DNA from: Octopus vulgaris
Lineage: Eukaryota
DNA: 64,000 nucleotides
Reading direction: 5' to 3'
Assembly (NCBI GenBank): GCA_951406725.2
Contig: OX597817.1
Coordinates: 170,004,001-170,068,000 of the forward strand
The position numbers and the translations under genes were made by a program. Below, piece after piece: positions 63,201 to 64,000 of the stretch. The notes under the pieces were generated by a model that saw only the letters and a list, made by a program, of their open reading frames with translations, was not told the origin of the DNA and searched no databases. Each line of letters begins with the position of its first letter. The stretch's first letter is position 1.

Positions 63201-64000
63201 ATTTCAGGAACATAATTGCTAATTTTAAGGCGCCTTCATACATGATCTATGCAGATATCATTATCAACAATAGAATTAGAATCTTTTGTAAATTAAGAAA
63301 CTGAGTCACATGTAACCGTTGCTGGCCTCAATTCTCAGAAATTAGCTGTTTATGAAGATGAAAGACATATATCTAGCAGTATTCTAGCTGTTATAGGTTT
63401 AGGGAAAATTAGACTTTAAAAATTCCTATTAACATTTATCTATATCTTGTTGGCAAGTCCCAGCAGTGAGCTGCAAGTATTTTTTTCTGTCTCGGGTTGA
63501 TGCTTATACTGTCTAATATCATTTACATTGAAATTGTAGCCATTAATTTATAAACATTTATTGTAGCTTTCATCTGTTTTGAAGAATAATTCTAATGTAA
63601 TCTATACATCATTTTTAGAATCCATAAAGAGATATGTGGAGTTTAGAAAGAAATGCAATAAATATGATCTGTTCAAAATATAACATTGACCTGCATGAGA
63701 GGTATGGCAAAAATAAGCTGAGAATAGTAGCTTGGTATTAAATATATCAATCAATAAATGCAGGAAAGATGACTGCACTGGTAAAGACATGGCACAATGG
63801 ACAAAGAATACTTAGTGGAAAAGTCTTGTCTGTTCTTAGGAACATGTCCATAGTAAAACATAACCCATGGAAATATGGGAAGACATTGTAAGGTCAGATC
63901 TCAGAACAAGGCCTCACAGACAGGTTAACATAAGATCCATATGATTGATATACTGTATTGAAGATACACTTAAGATAGATCTAACTCATACCAGATAGAA

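Overview
AT-rich, repeat-saturated animal DNA. The SINE/LINE complement points to a coleoid cephalopod, probably Octopus (inference). The window reads as intron or intergenic DNA: no intact host gene is recognisable, and most ORF-track entries are artefacts of microsatellites, SINEs and non-ATG starts. It holds many copies of at least four tRNA-headed SINE families, an RTE-linked (GAT)n-tailed family, decayed LINE fragments (RTE, CR1, L2-group, Tx1/L1, R4/Dong), a Tc1 (D34E) transposase end, Tc1/mariner and piggyBac-like MITEs, and two non-autonomous Helitrons. The most notable signal, invisible to the ORF track, is five hammerhead-ribozyme motifs from four unrelated sequence families: two with intact cores (4239-4294, 53071-53156) and three decayed (29247-29293, 32024-32068, 32412-32453). 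They have the short, mostly palindromic-loop stem III typical of Penelope-like elements and retrozymes, and both intact ones sit in (TA)n tracts. Other items: a ~315-bp fold-back palindrome, a TSD-flanked SINE trimer, a Dong insertion with a 5' snap-back, and candidate microexons (best: 21 nt, minus strand, 9959-9979). All calls were made by eye; family labels A-F are my own, and ends of decayed elements are approximate.
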